Assembly: GCA_964016885.1 (NCBI GenBank)
Contig: OZ024741.1
Coordinates: 411,742,001-411,806,000 of the forward strand
Origin: Eledone cirrhosa
Taxonomy: Eukaryota
Direction: 5' to 3'
Length of the DNA: 64,000 nucleotides
Below are positions 23,430-34,009 of this stretch, piece after piece. The translations under genes were made by a program, and so were the position numbers. Position 1 is the first letter of the stretch; each line of letters starts with the position of its first letter. The notes beneath the pieces were generated by a model. The model was not told where the DNA came from. It saw only the letters and a program-made list of their open reading frames with translations, and searched no databases.

Positions 23430-24331
23430 GTGCCTTGATTTCTACAGCTGGATGCCCTTCCTAACACCAACCTCATTTACAGTGAGTGCTGGGTGCTTTT
23501 TTTCTGTGGTGCCTACACGTCCACTTTACAGTGTGGGCTGGGTGCTTTTTTTGCTGTGGCACCTCCACGACCACTTTTCAGTGGGAGGGTGTGGGGGATA
23601 TTGTCTATATGCTTCAGCTTGTACCCATGGGAGGTCGGGTACTTTGTATTACTGCGTGACGCCAGAGGTCACGGTCGTGTGTCATCGCCTTTGAGAGGTG
23701 TAATTGGGTAAGCTCGGCTTTTATCACCTCATCCCAGGTCTTCTTGGGTCTCCCCACTCCGCGGTTTCTTTAGTCATAGGCGTTGAGTAAAATATCTTTA
23801 AATCTGTTACTGGCTGAGGGGTCTTTCAGCTTCCAGATTGGCCTCTGTTTCCAGGTTCGTCTAGTTCTGACTGTGAGGTCGCTGACAACTAAGCTATGTT
23901 GGGAGGTACATTCCTCACTAGGGAAGGCTTTTGTGTTTACGACCGTCCATCTGTCACGTCCTCTGATGAGGATAAAATTTATCCGACTAGAATGCTCCCA
24001 AGACCTATAGGTGATCAGATGGTTGTCGGGTTTTTTTAAGTTTGTGTTACATATCGACATGTCATTGGCGTCGCAGAATTCTAGAAGTCTGAATCCTTCC
24101 TCATTTCTTGTGCCAACCCCATGGCCTCCATGGACTCTATTGAAGCCGTCACGGTGTTTACCTACGTGTCCGTTAAAATCTCCTGCAATGATTAGGAAGT
24201 CCTTGTCGTCTGTTAGAACAGTAGTGTGCATTAGGGACTCCTAAAACCTATCCTTAAATTCGTCTGGGAACCCCGATTAGGGTGCGTAAGCTGATATTAT
24301 TGTGGTAATTGTTTTATTCAAGACTAGTCTG
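23430..24331 (-). mobile_element. Internally deleted RTE family-2 LINE (endonuclease joined directly to C-terminus and 3' UTR)
   Basis: IISAYAP, IAGDFNGHVG and QHSLVVSD are joined at ~23770 to RGVGRPKKTWDEVI...DRDLWRHAV; the RT core is absent. Confidence 0.85.
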
Positions 24332-24332
24332 A

Positions 24333-24363
24333 ATGTATATGTATGTATGTATATATATATATA

Positions 24364-24396
<33 letters not shown>

Positions 24397-24680
24397 GTGT
24401 ATGTATATATATATATATATATGTGTGTATGTATATATATATATATATATATATGTGTATGTATATATATATATATGTGTATGTATATATATATATGTGT
24501 ATGTATATATATATAATATGTATGTATATATATATGTGTGTATATATAATATAAATATAATTAAGGGATATATATATAATATAATATAGATATATAATAT
24601 ATTTAAGGAATATATAATGGATAATATAACAATGATTAAGGAACATATAATATAATATTTAATATATATATTATAAATAA
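24333..24680. repeat. (TA)n/(TATG)n compound microsatellite
   Basis: Seen directly in the sequence. Confidence 0.95.
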
Positions 24681-24702
24681 AAGAAAGTAAATAAAAACTC
24701 AC

Positions 24703-24790
24703 CTCAAGTCTTATTTACGATTCCATAAACTGGAAACAACTCAACGTGATCAGTTGTTAACCATTATTTCACAGAGTCCTGACATGAACA
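24703..24790 (-). other. SLU7: Probable non-coding exon 1 of SLU7 (5' boundary unknown)
   Basis: Strong donor GAG|GTGAGT on the minus strand at 24703/24702; the first coding exon has an acceptor, so an upstream exon is required; this is the main non-repeat island upstream. Confidence 0.5.
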
Positions 24791-25018
24791 AACATTTAAT
24801 TAAACATTTATTATAATATGTAAGACATAGAAATATTTTTAAACTAATAAAAAGACACAAGATTTATCAATGTTTGAGAAAATAAATATAAAACCACACA
24901 GTTCTTCTTTATGTAAGATATTATTGTAGATGTCTGTTTTTCGTTTAAGGACCTTTGTTTCAACTGGTTGACAGAGATTAATAATATTTCAGTCAGCGCC
25001 TTAAACACGTGTTTAGAA
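24780..25018. promoter_or_regulatory. Putative bidirectional promoter / 5' UTR region between SLU7 and NOA1
   Basis: Inferred from the divergent gene geometry; AT-rich, no specific core element recognised. Confidence 0.5.
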
Positions 25019-26123
25019 ATGCCTTTGGCGATGCTAGGTTGTTCCTCGCTCTCTAAACTGACATTGAACTACACTGGACATTATACACATATCCACAGAT
25101 ATTTCCTGAGATGCTTGTGTAACTTCAAATTAAATACTTACGGACAAACCTTGAAGTCTGGCCATCAACGAGAAATTACAGCTCCATGCCCTTTGATACG
25201 AAGAAATGTTTGTTTAGAAATACCGACTGTGACATTGTGCCGAAAATATAGGAGATACCGGAGAAAGGCTCGCCAAAAAACATCAAAAGAAGCCGAAGGA
25301 GTGACTGAGGATCCTTTTAAAGAATTGTCAGTGATCACTCGCATGATTTTAAATAAGGAGAATATTTTAAAGGACCTACAGTTGGAATCGACACCAGATA
25401 ATGACAGTCTTCCTGGACTTTCTGATGTCTTTTACCAAAGTAATGCAACACAGAAGTTACTTAAAGCTTACGAAGAATTGAATCTTACTGCAGACCAGAC
25501 TGAAAATATTTTACATAAATTACGATTAAGTATAAAAACATATGAAGACCCTCAAGAACAAAGGCCCGTCAATATCGGGAAAGCTGACCCTACCATCGAG
25601 GCCAGTAATATCAACTGTCCTGGCTGTGGGGCAATAATACACTGCCAAGATCAGAATCGTGCAGGATATATAAGCAGTAAAAAATTTACATCTTTAACCC
25701 CAGAAAAAATGGAGAGAACATTTTGTTTTCGTTGTATATTAATGCGATATCACGACTACTGTTTAAACATGACTATACCTATTGAAGACTACCCACAGAT
25801 CTTGTCTAAAATCCACGATTCCCGTGCTATTGTACTGCTCACCGTTGATCTATCTGATCTCAACAATAGCCTGCTAACAGATATACTTCCAATCATTGGT
25901 AATAAAAGACCTGTTTATATTATTGGAAACAAAGTCGATTTAATTCCGATGGATTCCCCGTTATATCTGAAAAGATTAGAGAAGTATTTATTCGATGCCT
26001 GTGTCAAAGCTGGTTGGAATCCTCAAGGTTACAATATCAGACATGTAGAATTGGTTAGTGCCAAGACTGGTTATGGCATTGAAAAACTTGTAAACAAACT
26101 GTTCAAAGACTTTAGAAAGAATG
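25019..26123 (+). CDS. NOA1: NOA1 (nitric oxide-associated protein 1, YqeH-like mitochondrial GTPase) coding exon 1
   Basis: First in-frame ATG at 25019; basic N-terminus; zinc-finger CPGCG...CFRC; G4 NKVD; G5 SAKTGYGIE; donor AAT G|gtgaga. Confidence 0.9.
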
Positions 26124-26150
26124 GTGAGAAGAATTTTTGGCATTTTATCA

Positions 26151-26375
26151 TTAACCTTCTGGTGGTTGTATTTCCAATCAAATATATTTAGATTAATTAA
26201 TGAAGAATTTTGAAGGATTTACTAGAATTATTAATTATTTCGTTACTAAGATAGTAACTTTACAAATGATTTTTATATAAAATGGTGTCGGAATATTTTT
26301 ATTTAAATAGGAACCCTTTAAAATAGGGAATTTTGTATCACAGAACCAGAGCTGGTTTTGTATAAAAAGGATTAA
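26151..26375. mobile_element. TTAA/piggyBac-like MITE (degenerate)
   Basis: TTAA-CCTT ... AAAAGGA-TTAA; internal match to ~19735-20184. Confidence 0.55.
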
Positions 26376-26538
26376 CACATAAACAAAACCACACTTTTAT
26401 GAAAGTCAATTATATTGATTGATCTTGCATATTTACTTTTGAAAATTGATCTTTGAAGAAAATGAAAATATTTCGTCTAATTCACCAGATTCATTTCACA
26501 TGTTCTGTTCATCTACACACACAAGTCAATGAGGAAAT

Positions 26539-26849
26539 CTGTGCTGGACTTACCTATAAGCTATAACTTAGAGCCACACACCCTCGGGGGCCTCAGTGTA
26601 GCCAGTGCTGGACTTACCTATAAGCTATAACTTAGAGCCACACACCCTCGGGGGCCTCAGTGTAGCCAGTGCTGGACTTACCTATAAGCTATAGATTAGG
26701 GTCACTCACTCTCGAAGACTTCAGTGTAGCTAGAGCTGAACCTATCTATAAGCTATAGATTAGGGCCACTCATTCTTGAGGACTTCAGTGTAGCTAGAGC
26801 TTCGAATTTCATATAGTTTAAGTCCTCAGTAGCTGGAAGTCCAGCCCTG
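26539..26849. repeat. 64-bp tandem repeat (4 copies) within a small TIR element
   Basis: Units start at 26541, 26605, 26669 and ~26733; ends CTGTGCTGGACT ... AGTCCAGCCCTG are inverted. Confidence 0.7.
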
Positions 26850-27299
26850 GAGAGGACCCTAATTCTAACACAAACCCTTATGTGTATATATGTTTGATTG
26901 TCAAATACTTTACAGAGTGTACAGGGTGCATTTTATTATGACATCTGCACTAGAATGACTGTCATCTCAACAAGACATAAATATGCTCCCTACCCTATAT
27001 TGTGAGAGGCAATTAAATAACCCCAATACAGCCCCATGTGCTAACCTCCTTGGAGGGAGTGGGTACCCTTGAACCAACTACACACAAGTGTCAGACAATG
27101 TAATGCACCACTAGGGACTATGTCCATCAACAGCTTGCCAGAGTAGACAGCTTACCATATACTGGGTGAGTCCTTGGGTCTCTATCCACCTTAGAATATG
27201 GACCATACACCCCCTAATCCCACCATTGTGAGCTGGTTACAACATCTGAGGGATATCACATAATTGTAGCTGTCTCATGTGAAAAAAAGAAGAATTGTT

Positions 27300-27770
27300 A
27301 ACCACTTTACAGAGTGTACTGGGTGTATTTTATCATGACACCAACACTACCACTTTACAGAGTGTACTGAGTGTATTTTATCATGACACCAACACTACCA
27401 CTTTACAGAATGTACTGAGTGTATTTTATCATGACACCAACACTACCACTTTACAGAGTGTACTGGGTGTATTATATCGTGGCACCAGCACTACCACTTT
27501 ACAGAGTGTATTGGGTGTATTATATCATGGCACCAATACTACCACTTTACAGAGTGTACTGGGTGTATTATATCATGGCACCAACACTACCGCTTTACAG
27601 AGTGTACTGGGAGTATTTTATCACGGCACCAGTACTACCACTTTACAGAGTGCACTGGGTGTATTTTATCATGACACCAACACTGCTACTTTATAGAGTA
27701 TACTGGGTGTAGTTATCATGACACTAGCACTACCACTTTACAGAGTGTATTGGGTGTAGTTATTATTGCA
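27300..27770. repeat. 48-bp minisatellite (~10 copies)
   Basis: Unit ACCACTTTACAGAGTGTACTGGGTGTATTTTATCATGACACCAACACT; same unit at 60255-60530. Confidence 0.93.
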
Positions 27771-28009
27771 CTAACTAAAAATAAGCCCAGGAGAATTTAG
27801 AAAAATTTTAAATGTTCAACTGGCAGGAGAGTCAGGGGTAGACCCCAAACAAGATGGTTGGATTACATCTATGAGCTTGGCTGGTCTTGTTTGGTGATCT
27901 AGCTGGATCGGTTGGAGTTGGTTGCTTCTGACAGAACCTGGCAGAAGGAGTGCTTGAGGTCTCTTCCTCTACGACCCTCCCATAAGTAGGAGAAGAAGGG
28001 TACACAATA

Positions 28010-28888
28010 TACAGGGTGTGGACGATATTTGTTCGCAAGATTACTGTCTAGGAAAAAATAACACAGTAGTTTTATTTTTTAAGATTTATTTATCAAACTT
28101 GGGTCAGTTTGTCTTCATGACTTGTTCTTTCGATCTCACTCGATAAACCTGCCATTGGCTTTGATGACGGCCTCGGAACTGGCTACAGTTTTTCGTCACT
28201 GTCCCCCGACTTAGACTCCTAAAGGCACTTGTGATCTTGGCCTTCAGATCGTCTTTCGTATTGCAGCTAGATCTGTTGGTGTCTCGTTCCACTGTGCCCC
28301 ACACAAAGAAGTCGAGGGGGGTTGCAGTCAGGCGAGCTGGAAGGCCAGATGTCAGGTGAAGTGTGGTCGACGAAGTTCTCTGACAGCCAGGCTTGGGTCT
28401 TTTGGCTGGTATGGCAGGGCGCTGAGTCTTGCTGCCACACGTACGGCCTACCTGCAGTTACTTGGTCAATCCAGGGCTTTACTACCTTGCTCAGAACGCG
28501 GATGTAGCCATCGGTGTTCAACTTGAGGCCCTCAGTGAAGAAGTGAGGTAGCATGACGTCACCTTGACTGCTGACGACACCTAAGACCAATGTTGTCGCT
28601 GGAAACTTTGTCTGCATGACTCCTGTCACGTCTTTGGATGAGACAGCGAGCCACCTGTTGTTCTGGGAGTTGATCTTCTGGTCTTATTTGTCCTCCCGGC
28701 GCGGATTACAAGAACTCTGTCTCTTCCACAAATTTGGAGGTTCAAGATTATTAATAATCAATTATTCTGAGAATAAATAATGGAAATATAGTCACTATTT
28801 TTATGAAGACAAGAGTGACAACGGAAGTAAAAAAAATTTGCTTAAAATTAGCAGTTGAAAATTGCGAACAAATATCGTCCGCACTGTA
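28010..28888 (-). mobile_element. Internally deleted Tc1/mariner-superfamily transposon, DD37D (maT) type
   Basis: TA-flanked TIRs (CAGGGTGTGGACGATATTTGTTCGCAA / TTGCGAACAAATATCGTCCGCACTG); transposase remnant WQQDSAPCH...WPSSSPDCNP(L)DFFVWG with 37 residues between the last two Asp after correcting one frameshift. Confidence 0.9.
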
Positions 28889-29408
28889 TATACATAAATC
28901 GCAATTTCTGTCTGTTTGTGAACCTAAAACTCAAAACCTACCAAACCAATCTTGATGAAACTTGACACGTGTGTGGGGCTCATGCCCATTTGATTTCTTA
29001 CAAATATTTCATTTTAATCAAAGGGTTTCCCAGGGGATAACCCTCCCTCGCTGAGAATTTTTACCCTTCGATTTATATGAAATTTAAACCATAGGTAACT
29101 GACAAATTTCAATAATATTAAGACACCCTAATGTGGGTTCTATTTTTTTCCTTCTAGCAACACTCAACTTCTCTTACAAACATTTTTTCGCCTGACCAAT
29201 GCAATCAACAATATTTGTTTGTATTATTGTTTTGTAAATGAACTTGTCTTCGCTTTTGATTATCTGTCCTATATTTTGATTTCATTTTTGGTCTGAGAAG
29301 CATTGGGCATTTTAATGGGAAAAGGGAATACCCCTGCTCCCAGGTATTACCGGGTAGCTCAACTAGTATTGAAATAATATCTATTGTTAGTGTAATTTTC
29401 TCCCCTAG

Positions 29409-29537
29409 GTGATGTGTATCTTGTGGGAAGCAGTAATGCAGGGAAGTCATCTATCTTCAATATTCTGTTACATTCTGATCTCTGTAACGCAAATGCTCGT
29501 AGTATTTTCCAGAAAGCTACTGTCTCTGTTTGGCCAG
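29409..29537 (+). CDS. NOA1: NOA1 coding exon 2 (G1 P-loop: DVYLVGSSNAGKSSIFN...ATVSVWP)
   Basis: cctag|GT GAT ... CCA G|gtaaat, phase 1-1; G1 following G4/G5 is the circularly permuted GTPase order. Confidence 0.95.
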
Positions 29538-29749
29538 GTAAATCTTTATCTAATTCTGCTTTCATCAGCACCATCATTGCCACCAACACTACCATCATCA
29601 TCACTGCCATCAGCACCATCAAAATCATCACCACCACCATCAGCATCATCACCATTACCACCGCTGTTTTTATTGCATACACACATACACTTAAGGTATA
29701 TGACTGCATTCCACGGGACCTGCTGTGGAAAGTTCTGCAGGAGTATGAT

Positions 29750-31340
29750 TGGTCATCTTGTTGTTACCCTGATGTTGAGTCAGGTGACCATGTCTTGCTC
29801 ATACACAACTGTTTCTGGCTTGGTTTCTACAGTTGGATGTCCTTTCTAACGCCAACCATTTTACAGTGTGGGCTGGGCGCTTTTTGTTGTGTCACCATCA
29901 CAACCATTTTACAGTGTGGACTGGGTGTTTTTTCTCGTGTCACCTATGTGACCACTTTACAGTGTGGACTGGGTGCTTTTTGTTGTGATATCAACATAAC
30001 TTTACAGTGTAGGGGTGGTGTGAACAGAGGTGGGTGCTGGGTGTTGGGGCATGAGTGGTATATGGAAGGGGGGGGGAGGATAGTGGTGCCTACTAGACAT
30101 ATGTTTCAGTCCGTGTGCATGGGAAGGTGGGTCTTCTGCATAACTCCACAGATCACAGTGCCATCACCTTTGTGAGGTGCCATCACTCCACAGATCACAG
30201 TGCCATCACCTTTGTGAGGTGCCATCACTCCACAGATCACGGTGCCATCACCTTTGTGAGGTGCCATCACTCCACAGATCACGGTGCCATCACCTTTGTG
30301 AGGTGCCATCACCTTTGTGAGGTGCCATCACCTTTGTGAGGTGCCATCACCTTTGTGAGGTGGCATCACCTTTGTGAGGTGCCATCACCTTTGTGAGGTG
30401 CCATAACTCCACAGATCACAGTGACATCACCTTTGTGAGGTGCCATAACTCCACAGATCACAGTGACATCACCTTTGTGAGGTGCCATAACTCCACAGAT
30501 CACAGTGGCATCACCTTTGTGAGGTGCCATCACCTTTGTGAGGTGACATCACCTTTGTGAGGTGCCATCACCTTTGTGAGGTGCCATAACTCCACAGATC
30601 ACAGTGCCATCACCTTTGTGAGGTGCCATAACTCCACAGATCACAGTGACATCACCTTTGTGAGGTGGCATCACCTTTGTGAGGTGCCATAACTCCACAG
30701 ATCACAGTGGCATCACCTTTGTGAGGTGCCATCACCTTTGTGAGGTGCCATCACCTTTGTGAGGTGCCATCACTCCACAGATCACAGTGCCATCACCTTT
30801 GTGAGGTGCCATAACTCCACAGATCACACGGTGACATCACCTTTGTCAGGTATTAGGTCTTCCTACTCTGTAGCTTCGATCAACTTTGATCACCCTGCAC
30901 CTTTTATACAGCTGTCATCCTTCATACGCATCACATGTCCATACCAACATAATTTTCTCTCTAGTAAACTGCATCTCATCCCTCTTGTACCTAGTCTCTC
31001 TCTCAGTTTATTTATGCTTTACCATTCGTGTATTACTATTACACATCCATTGGAGCATGCAGGCTTCATTTCTTTCCCATCTTCGCAGGTCTCACGACCA
31101 TACAACATTGCTGTTCGTATAAATGCATCATACAATCTGCTATTCATTTTGAGGGAAAAGCCTTTTGTAGCTAGCAGTAATATTAGGTCCCTGAACTTTC
31201 TCTATCCTGTTCTCACTCTAGCATAGTACTTTCGGAACACCCACCTCCGCTGCTAATTTGGGCGCCCAGGTAATGGAAACTATCAACAACTTCTACCGAG
31301 TTCTCTGGCGATTTAAAGGAGTTAGTATCCTGTGAGCTAT
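29750..31340 (-). mobile_element. Degenerate RTE family-2 3' portion and 3' UTR, split by a minisatellite
   Basis: 30850-31340 is the reverse complement of the VVDSFHYLG...KGFSL...WYGHVMR region; 29750-30140 matches the 3' UTR seen at 17600-18020 and 23430-23640. Confidence 0.75.
30140..30846. repeat. Mixed 42-bp/19-bp minisatellite
   Basis: GCCATCACCTTTGTGAGGT alternating with GCCATAACTCCACAGATCACAGT. Confidence 0.93.
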
Positions 31341-31478
31341 TGCTACTTACTGTACCCGTGTAATTTAAAGATTTAATTTAGCAATTTATCGATATCATCT
31401 TATCGAGTGCTTGTGCAAGCTTCTGATTGTTCTTTCGAGAGATGCTGCATTAGCTGTAACTTTGATTTTACTCACTGT

Positions 31479-31530
<52 letters not shown>

Positions 31531-31665
31531 ATGCTTTGGGAGGGTCATGTTGCCAATAAGAAACACACGCACCAGTTGTTTTCACTCCAATTTATTATAA
31601 ATTTAAGAATTTATAAATTTCCGGTTGGTTGGTTGGTTCCATAACCAGACGGTTGTTCATATATT

Positions 31666-31708
31666 GTCAAAGTTCTTTCGTCACACATTCTGTGACCTCT
31701 TCAGTGAC
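31666..31708 (-). ncRNA. Putative minimal type-I hammerhead ribozyme (mirror copy)
   Basis: Exact reverse complement of 31805-31847. Confidence 0.55.
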
Positions 31709-31804
31709 TGGGGATTCTTTTCTTTGTTTTTGTGCCTCTCCTTAAAACAAGATGGCGTAGGACAGAACAAAGAAGAGGCACAAAAACAAAGAAAAGAATC
31801 CCCA

Positions 31805-31847
31805 GTCACTGAAGAGGTCACAGAATGTGTGACGAAAGAACTTTGAC
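31805..31847 (+). ncRNA. Putative minimal type-I hammerhead ribozyme
   Basis: GUCA-CUGAAGA-G-GUCACA(GAAUG)UGUGAC-GAAA-G(AA)C-UU-UGAC: stem I, core, stem II, GAAA, short stem III and NUH all in order; one extra G after the core. Confidence 0.6.
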
Positions 31848-32234
31848 AATATATGAACAACCGTCTGGTTATGGAACAAACCAACCAACTGGAAATTTAT
31901 AAATTCTTAAATTTATAATAAATTGGAGTGAAAGCAACTGGTGCGTGTGTTTCTTATTGGCAACATGACCCTCCCAAAGCATAACAATATCGGTTTCAAC
32001 ACACGTTTTCAGATGAATCTTGCTAAACAAATTCAGAAACGAAATATATATATATATATAGTAATAAGAATATTTATATTTATATATGTTTAATACAACT
32101 ATAAATATGGAGGGTAGTACTAAGTACTAGCCAGTTACCGGTATGACAAAAGGCTCAATGCAAATTCTCAAGTGTTTTACAGAGCCAAGATACAAAGTGT
32201 TAAAACGATCAAATTTTAGTTTAGAACATTTATT

Positions 32235-32281
32235 TGCTGACAATTGTTTCTTCCAGAGGGAAGTCTGGAATCATCGGAGCA
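32235..32281 (-). ncRNA. Hammerhead-ribozyme-like motif (core variant CCGAUGA)
   Basis: UGCU-CCGAUGA-UUCCAGA(CUUCCC)UCUGGAA-GAAA-CAAUUG-UC-AGCA, then AAUAAA; palindromic stem III (ACAAUUGU) as in minimal hammerheads. Confidence 0.55.
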
Positions 32282-32603
32282 TAGGGAATGTCAAAACATG
32301 TGACTAAAATCCTAGTCATTCAGAACATTTAGGGTACATAATTGTTGTTAGTGTCAAAGGCATCGTGTGGAGAGTCAGGAGTTAAAGGATGTTATGCTTG
32401 AGAGAACACAATTACAGGTAGCACTGGTTGAAAGTGTAAGAGGTATAAGTGAAAAGTACAGGCAAACAAATACAGGCAAAAGGTTATAAGCAAGGAAGAG
32501 TGGTGTACAATGCAGGAGTCAATACAGTCAATAAGGCATGTATGAGGAAAGAGTTATAATGCAGTTGAAATAAACATATTTTGTGTGGGGTGTTAAAGCA
32601 TGT

Positions 32604-32942
32604 CATCATCATCATCATCATCATATTTTACGTCCGCTTTTTCCCTGCTTGCAAGGGTGGGACGGGAACTGATTCTGGCTTGATTTCTACAGCTGGATGC
32701 CCTTCCTAACACCAACCTCATTTACAGTGAGTGCTGGGTGCTTTTTTTGCCGTGGCACCTCCATGACCATTTTGCAGTGGAATGATAGGGACACCAGTCC
32801 CTATCATCTCATTTCTACAGCTGAGTAAACTGGAGCAATGTGAAATAAAGTGTCTTGCTCAAAGAAACAACACATCACCCGGTCTGAGGATTGAACTCAC
32901 AACCTTTCGATTGCAAAGCCAATGCTCTAACCACTAAGCCAT
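32604..32942 (-). mobile_element. Complete tRNA-derived SINE with RTE family-1 tail
   Basis: Close copy of 23108-23429; A-box, B-box GAGTTCAATCC, and a tail matching 16912-16970. Confidence 0.87.
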
Positions 32943-33058
32943 TGTTAGAAATGTTTAAGATAGCGTGCAATTTATCCAACTCTATCACGTGCTTTGCATT
33001 ACACCTTACATAACATATACCTACATTATCACCACATGCCTCTCTAACAAATTGCACA

Positions 33059-33510
33059 CTATCTTAAACCTTTCTCTCTGGCCAACAACTGGTCCGTTTC
33101 TTCCGTTATCATTTCGGAAGAAGGATCAGGATGGAGAGAGAGGTGCTGCACCCCAGCCGTTTCTATGAAAGATGGGTGAAAGTGGCGAGAATGGCCCGTG
33201 TGAATGGGCCTTCACTCTACATCAGACTATAGGTGAGGAAGATGAAAGATCAAGGGAGCACCCCTTCTCTGTGCTCCTGAGGAGAAGGGTTGCACACTTT
33301 TTTCGGGGGTGTGTGCGACCCCCCAAGGCGCCTCCTCTCTATTGAGGATTTTGTTAAAAATTTTATTTTTTGTTATATCTTATTTTATTTTTATATTTTG
33401 TTATTGCCTCCTCCTTATTGAGGACGCCTTTTTGTGTAAACTCCCCCCTTTGTACTTGTCCCACTTTTGATGCCCTAGTGGCAAATAAAAGAAACCTATC
33501 TTAAACCTTT
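33059..33510 (+). mobile_element. 5'-truncated Tx1/L1-like LINE end with 15-bp TSD
   Basis: TSD CTATCTTAAACCTTT at 33059 and 33496; frame FFRYHFGRRIRMEREVLHPSRFYERWV...*; T-rich 3' UTR ending AATAAAAGAAA. Confidence 0.7.
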
Positions 33511-34009
33511 ATAACAATGATAACATGCTTTAACACCCCACACAAAATATGTTTATTTCAACTGCATTATAACTCTTTCCTCATACATGCCTTATTGACT
33601 GTATTGACTCCTGCATTGTACACCACTCTTCCTTGCTTATAACCTTTTGCCTGTATTTGTTTGCCTGTACTTTTCACTTATACCTCTTACACTTTCAACC
33701 AGTGCTGCCTGTAATTGTGTTCTCTCAAGCATAACATCCTTTAACTCCTGACTCTCCACACGATGCCTTTGACACTAACAACAATTATGTACCCTAAATG
33801 TTCTGAATGACTAGGATTTTAGTCCTAGACTGATTCCAGACTTCCCTCTGGAAGAAACAATTGTCAGCAAATAAATGTTCTAAACTAAAATTTGATCGTT
33901 TTAACACTTTGTATATATATATATATATATAGGTGCAAATTAATTGCATCCGTAGGCAGTATGCCAAGATGAGCGCTTGATGCCCGTGGTGAACAGAGTA
34001 TCAATAATA

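Larger units (their letters stand above)
31523..31990. mobile_element. Near-perfect inverted repeat (~217-bp arms, ~33-bp spacer), Penelope/retrozyme-like
   Basis: 31523-31739 is the reverse complement of 31773-31990; sits in (TA)n; each arm has a hammerhead motif followed by AATAAA. Confidence 0.75.
32190..33914. mobile_element. Inverted repeat with ~400-bp arms (32190-32603 and 33523-33914), Penelope/retrozyme-like
   Basis: Arms are near-identical reverse complements except one ~20-bp indel; the spacer holds a SINE and a Tx1/L1 fragment; right end abuts (TA)n. Confidence 0.75.

Noticed and set aside
29538-30175. Extension of the NOA1 exon-2 ORF (253 aa), and likewise the His-rich tail after exon 3 (59970-60505)
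   Set aside because: Read-through past GT donors into (CAT/CAC)n microsatellites and repeat sequence.
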